Origin: an uncultured Rhizobiaceae bacterium
GTDB lineage: Bacteria; Pseudomonadota; Alphaproteobacteria; Rhizobiales; Aestuariivirgaceae
Direction: 5' to 3'
Assembly (NCBI GenBank): GCA_964430935.1
Contig: CAYSHK010000082.1
Coordinates: forward strand, 9,979 to 73,978
DNA length: 64,000 nt
Positions 60,191 to 64,000 of this stretch are shown here, in pieces (within the stretch, counting starts at the first letter, position 1; every line of letters begins with the position of its first letter). The notes below the pieces were generated by a model. It was not told where the DNA came from. It worked only from the letters and a program-made list of their open reading frames with translations, and did no database searches. The position numbers were made by a program, and so were the translations under genes.

Positions 60191-62593
60191 TCAGCTTCCC
60201 GCGGCGAGCGCCGGCGGCGCATGGGTGTCGCCGTAGTGCTTCATGAAGGCGATGACCGCCGCCATGAGAACCACCAGCGACAGCATCCAGGCGGCGGACT
60301 GCTCCGGATGCCGCATGAACGTCGCCGCCTGGTAGAATTCCACCGCCGCGAACCAGGCCAGCCAGGAACTCCACGCACCGGCCAGAAGCGCCCAGCGCGG
60401 ACCGATCTCCCGCACCATCGCCCCGAAGGCCGCCACGCAGGGGAAGTATAGCAGAATGAACAGCATGTACGCGAAGGCCCCGGCACGCCCGTCGAAATGG
60501 CGCACCATCGCCCGCAGCGTCACGGAGGAGACGCCCTGATCCGCAGTGACCGCCGTCGCTGACCCGCTCACCGTGGACAGGCCGAGGGGATCGAGCGCGC
60601 TTTCCGCCAGCGAACGCAGGTTCTCGGGTACGGAGACGAAGGCGCGCCGCACGGCGTCGGTGAAGTCGAAGGCCCCGGCCCCTTCCGCCTCCGCGCCGGT
60701 TCCGGCGGCCGCATGCCCGATCGTGGCATAGAGCGAATTCAGTGTGCCGACCACCGCCTCCTTGGCGAAAATGCCGGTAAAGATGCCGACCGTGGCCGGC
60801 CAATTGTCCTCCCGAATGCCGATCGGTTCGAAAATCGGCACGATGGCCCGTCCCACTGCCGAGAGCACGGACTTGTCGGTCCCCTGGTTGCCGAAACTGC
60901 CGTCGGTGCCCGCCGAGTTGAGCACGGACAGGACGGCCACCACCACGATGATGATCTGCCCCGCCCCGAGAATGAAGCCCTTCAGCCTGTTCCACGCATG
61001 GAGCAGCATGTTGGAGAGCCGCGGCAGCCGGTAGGGCGGCAGCTCCATGACGAACGGCGTCGCCTCGCCCTTCAGCAGCGTCTTCTTCATGAGGAATCCG
61101 GTGGCCACGGCGGCCGCGATGCCGATCAGATAGAGGGCGAAAACGACGTTCTGCCCCCCGCTGGGGAAGAAGGCGGCGGCGAAGAGCGCGTAGACCGTCA
61201 GCCGCGCGCCGCAGGACATGAAGGGGGCCATCATGACGGTGAGGATGCGGTCGCGGCGGCTTTCCAGCGTGCGGGCGGCCATGATGGCCGGAACGTTGCA
61301 GCCGAATCCGACGATGAGCGGCACGAAGGCCTTGCCCGGCAGGCCGATTGCCCGCATCAGCCGGTCCATGAGGAAGGCGGCCCGGACCATGTAGCCGGAA
61401 TCCTCGAGGAAGGAGAGCACCAGGAACAGCATGCCGATGATCGGGATGAAGGTGGCGACGACGCGGATGCCCTCGCCGAAGCCGTCGGCGAGGATCACGG
61501 TCACCCAGTCCGGCGCGCCCATGCCGCCGAGCAGGGCACGCACGCCGTCCACGAAGACGGCGCCGGCGAGAATGTCGAAGAAGTCTATGAAGGCCCCGCC
61601 GACGTTGATGGTCAGCATGAACATCAGATATATGGCGGCGAGGAAGACCGCGGGGCCCGCGAAGCGGTGCAGGACCACCCGGTCGATCCGGTCCGACGTG
61701 GTGGCCGTGGCGACGCCCTGCCGGTGCACGGCGGCGCGGGCGGCGTCATGGGCGAAGGCGTAGCGCGCCTCGGCCACGATCATGTCGGCGTCGTCGCCCA
61801 GCTCGCGCGCCAGTTTCGGCAGCCGGTGGCGCAGCACGCCCGCCGTCTCCTCGCCGGCCAGCCGCAGCGCCAGATCGTCGCCCTCGATCAGCCGCACCGC
61901 CAGCCAGCGACGGTCTATGCCCTCGCTGCGGGCGGTGTAGTCGATCACCCTTTCCAGATCGTCGGCGAGCCGTTCGACCGCCGCCGGATAGGCGATGCGC
62001 ACCGCCGGATGCTCCCGACGGCGCGCCACCTCGCGCACCGTGCGCATCAGCTCGTCGATGCCCTCGCCCTTCGAGGCCACCACCGGCACCACGGGCACGC
62101 CGAGGGTGCGCGACAGAGCCTCGGCATCCACCTTCAGCCCCGCCCTGCGCGCGGCGTCCATCATGTTCAGGGCCACCACGACGGGCTTGCCCGTCTCCAG
62201 AAGCTGGGTCGTGAAGTAGAGATTGCGTTCGAGATTGGTGGCGTCGAGGATGTTCACCACGACGTCGAAATCCTCGCGGACGATGGCGTCGCGCGCCAGC
62301 TTCTCGTCCAGCGATTGCTCCTCCATGCCGGGAATGGGGCGAAGGGTGTAGACGCCGGGCAGATCGACGACCTCGATCTCCCCCTCCGCATCCCGGTAGA
62401 CGCCGGTCTTGCGCTCCACTGTGACGCCGGGCCAGTTTCCGGTGCGCTGGCGGGCACCGGTCAGCAGGTTGAAGAGCGTGGTCTTGCCGCAATTGGGATT
62501 TCCGGCAATGGCGATCCGCAGAACGCCGGAACGGTCCCGTCCGGAGACGCCGCGCCGCTCCTCCCGGCCGCCGGAACAGCATTCGGCCTTCAT
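60191..62593 (-). CDS. feoB: Ferrous iron transporter FeoB
   Basis: 800 aa. N-terminal G-domain GNPNCGKTTLFN with DLPG and NMMD motifs, followed by a polytopic membrane domain. ATGA overlap with the feoA stop. Confidence 0.95.
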   Translation of the reverse strand: MKAECCSGGREERRGVSGRDRSGVLRIAIAGNPNCGKTTLFNLLTGARQRTGNWPGVTVERKTGVYRDAEGEIEVVDLPGVYTLRPIPGMEEQSLDEKLARDAIVREDFDVVVNILDATNLERNLYFTTQLLETGKPVVVALNMMDAARRAGLKVDAEALSRTLGVPVVPVVASKGEGIDELMRTVREVARRREHPAVRIAYPAAVERLADDLERVIDYTARSEGIDRRWLAVRLIEGDDLALRLAGEETAGVLRHRLPKLARELGDDADMIVAEARYAFAHDAARAAVHRQGVATATTSDRIDRVVLHRFAGPAVFLAAIYLMFMLTINVGGAFIDFFDILAGAVFVDGVRALLGGMGAPDWVTVILADGFGEGIRVVATFIPIIGMLFLVLSFLEDSGYMVRAAFLMDRLMRAIGLPGKAFVPLIVGFGCNVPAIMAARTLESRRDRILTVMMAPFMSCGARLTVYALFAAAFFPSGGQNVVFALYLIGIAAAVATGFLMKKTLLKGEATPFVMELPPYRLPRLSNMLLHAWNRLKGFILGAGQIIIVVVAVLSVLNSAGTDGSFGNQGTDKSVLSAVGRAIVPIFEPIGIREDNWPATVGIFTGIFAKEAVVGTLNSLYATIGHAAAGTGAEAEGAGAFDFTDAVRRAFVSVPENLRSLAESALDPLGLSTVSGSATAVTADQGVSSVTLRAMVRHFDGRAGAFAYMLFILLYFPCVAAFGAMVREIGPRWALLAGAWSSWLAWFAAVEFYQAATFMRHPEQSAAWMLSLVVLMAAVIAFMKHYGDTHAPPALAAGS

Positions 62594-62913
62594 GCCCGGA
62601 CCACCTCCGGGGAGGTGCCGCATGCGTCGCAGAGGGAGACCATGACGTGCTGCGCCGCGGCCGGCCCGAGCGCGAGCCGCATCCCGTCCATGGCCAGCAC
62701 GATGCCGGCGGCGTTGTGCTGCACCACCCGCGCGTGCCCGCCGGTGCGCAGACCGAGATCCATCAGCCGCCGCACGAAGGAGGGCGTCCCGCCTATGGCC
62801 CGGATGCAGACCGTCTCGCCCTCCGACGCGAGGACCAGGGGAAAGCTAGCGGGTTTCCGCCCGCATGCGGTGTCCCCGGCTGTGGCAGGCGTTTCGGCTG
62901 CGTGCAGGTTCAT
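62590..62913 (-). CDS. feoA: FeoA-family protein
   Basis: SH3-like FeoA core (GETVCIRAIGG...RRLMDLGLRTGGHARVV) with a ~24-aa N-terminal extension. The track start at 62979 lies inside the FNR palindrome and was rejected. Confidence 0.75.
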   Translation of the reverse strand: MNLHAAETPATAGDTACGRKPASFPLVLASEGETVCIRAIGGTPSFVRRLMDLGLRTGGHARVVQHNAAGIVLAMDGMRLALGPAAAQHVMVSLCDACGTSPEVVRA

Positions 62914-62976
62914 GGCTTTTCCCGCTTGTCGTTCCGAAGGCGCCGGAATGGCGCCCGGCAGGTGTCGCAAGGTGGC

Positions 62977-63000
62977 CAAAATTGATCTGGATCAATTTTG
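62977..63000 (-). promoter_or_regulatory. FNR/CRP-family binding site upstream of feoA
   Basis: CAAAATTGATCTGGATCAATTTTG has perfect 11-bp arms. Its core TTGAT-CTGG-ATCAA equals the FNR consensus TTGAT-N4-ATCAA. Its centre is ~75 nt upstream of the feoA ATG. Confidence 0.7.
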
Positions 63001-63002
63001 TT

Positions 63003-63021
63003 GCGAATGATTATCAAGTGC
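63003..63021 (-). promoter_or_regulatory. Fur-box-like sequence
   Basis: GCGAATGATTATCAAGTGC matches GATAATGATTATCATTATC at 13/19 positions by hand alignment, with a contiguous AATGATTATCA core. Confidence 0.35.
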
Positions 63022-63149
63022 AGGTCATAGATAGGCCAGCGCGCGGAAGATTGCAAGTGCTTCGCATTGCCGGAAGCCGAAAAATCCGCGGCGGCGCCCG
63101 ATGCGCCGGAGCGGGGCCGCGTGTCCGTACCGCATGCGGCGGGCATCCC

Positions 63150-63527
63150 TCACAGTTCGGTGTACTTGTCCGCCCTGCCGCGCGCCTTGCCGACGGGATA
63201 CTTGCGGGCGTTGATCTCGATCTTCTCCGCTGCCGCGGCGGCGAGATCGAAATCCGCGGCCTCCGCGATCAGAAGCAGATAGAGCAGCACGTCGGCACAC
63301 TCCTCCCGGAGGCGCCCGTGCAGCGGTCCGCCGCGGCGGGCCAGTCCGTCGAAGGCCCCGGCATCCTTCCACTGGCACAGCTCGAGGGCTTCCGAGGCCT
63401 CCAGCGAAAGGGAGATCAGAAGGTCCTTCAGGGTGTGGAACTGCTTCCAGTCGCGCTCGTCCCGGAACCGCACCAGACGCTCTGTCAATTCGGCCAGATC
63501 CGGGCCGGTTCGATTTTCATGATTCAT
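63150..63527 (-). CDS. MazG-like nucleotide pyrophosphohydrolase
   Basis: 125 aa. FRDERDWKQFHTLKDLLISLSLEASEALE...ECADVLLYLLLIAE is typical of small all-alpha MazG-type NTP-PPases. Confidence 0.8.
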   Translation of the reverse strand: MNHENRTGPDLAELTERLVRFRDERDWKQFHTLKDLLISLSLEASEALELCQWKDAGAFDGLARRGGPLHGRLREECADVLLYLLLIAEAADFDLAAAAAEKIEINARKYPVGKARGRADKYTEL

Positions 63528-63830
63528 ATCAGATCCTTGCCGAAAGTTTCCCCGCGGGGCGGGCAGTTTGCCGCATGAGTCACCTCTGTGGCGGCAAAAT
63601 GGTGTTTGGCGCTTGTATATCAGCGAATTTTGATTTACACGAATGTGAATATGTTGGAGGGGGGATTCATCCGCCATCCGGCATGTAGAGGAGGAACATG
63701 TAAGAAATGACCCATCCGCACCAGCGGCCTGCGGGGGCAGGCGCGAGGGCGGGTGTGTTCGTGAAAAAATCCTTCTCGCGCGAAGCAAGAGGGGTTTTGC
63801 CAGTTCAAGCCAACCAGAAAGAGGAGAGGC

Positions 63831-64000
63831 ATGCCTACTTTCGTTCATACCGAGAAGTGCGACGGCTGCAAGGGTGGCGAGGTCACCGTCTGCATGTACA
63901 TCTGCCCCAACGACCTGATGAAGCTGGACGTCGAGGGCGAGTTCACCGGCCATGCCATGAAGGCCTTCAACCAGGAGCCGGATCAGTGCTGGGAGTGCCT
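63831..64000 (+). CDS. aprB: Adenylylsulfate (APS) reductase beta subunit, 5' fragment (runs off the window)
   Basis: Not in the supplied track because there is no stop before the window end. ATG at 63831 is preceded by GAGGAGAGG. The translation MPTFVHTEKCDGCKGGEVTVCMYICPNDLMKLD...MKAFNQEPDQCWEC matches the highly conserved AprB N-terminus as I remember it. Confidence 0.85.
   Translation, partial: MPTFVHTEKCDGCKGGEVTVCMYICPNDLMKLDVEGEFTGHAMKAFNQEPDQCWEC

Overview
GC-rich chromosomal segment (by eye about two-thirds G+C; not computed) with very high coding density. I support about 60 CDS and one tRNA-Val(GAC). I saw no rRNA, transposase, integrase, prophage or CRISPR array. Gene content and synteny suggest an alphaproteobacterium, probably Rhodospirillales-like; this is inference, as no search was possible. 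The supporting synteny is DUF4170-IMPase-pmbA-ubiA, cpdR, CIRCE-controlled groESL, split glyQS, ispB-DUF2007-methyltransferase and plant-type gshA. Most of the window is core housekeeping. The metabolic flavour is anaerobic or microaerobic and sulfur/ferredoxin-linked. (1) A tightly packed qmoA-qmoB-hdrC-hdrB module sits at the 5' edge, and the first 170 nt of aprB (APS reductase beta subunit) sits at the 3' edge, 58.6 kb away. (2) A minus-strand operon runs iorA, iorB fused in frame to an OorD-type ferredoxin, 2-oxoacid:ferredoxin oxidoreductase alpha-beta-gamma, paaK-like ligase, cutA and a membrane micro-protein. (3) A two-subunit korAB is translationally coupled to a ferritin-like helical protein, and ppdK lies nearby. 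(4) An ORF joins a Cro/YdaS-type HTH in frame to RibBX-type DHBP synthase, behind a near-leaderless promoter with an operator-like palindrome. (5) A small glycosyltransferase locus includes an uncharacterised 504-aa two-domain protein, with a secreted Gly/Tyr-rich, Arg/His/Cys-tailed mini-protein next to it. (6) feoABC lies behind a perfect FNR-consensus palindrome. Many long ORFs in the supplied track are antisense or alternative-frame artefacts typical of high-GC DNA and were rejected. All family assignments come from motif and architecture recognition by eye. No database search was run.
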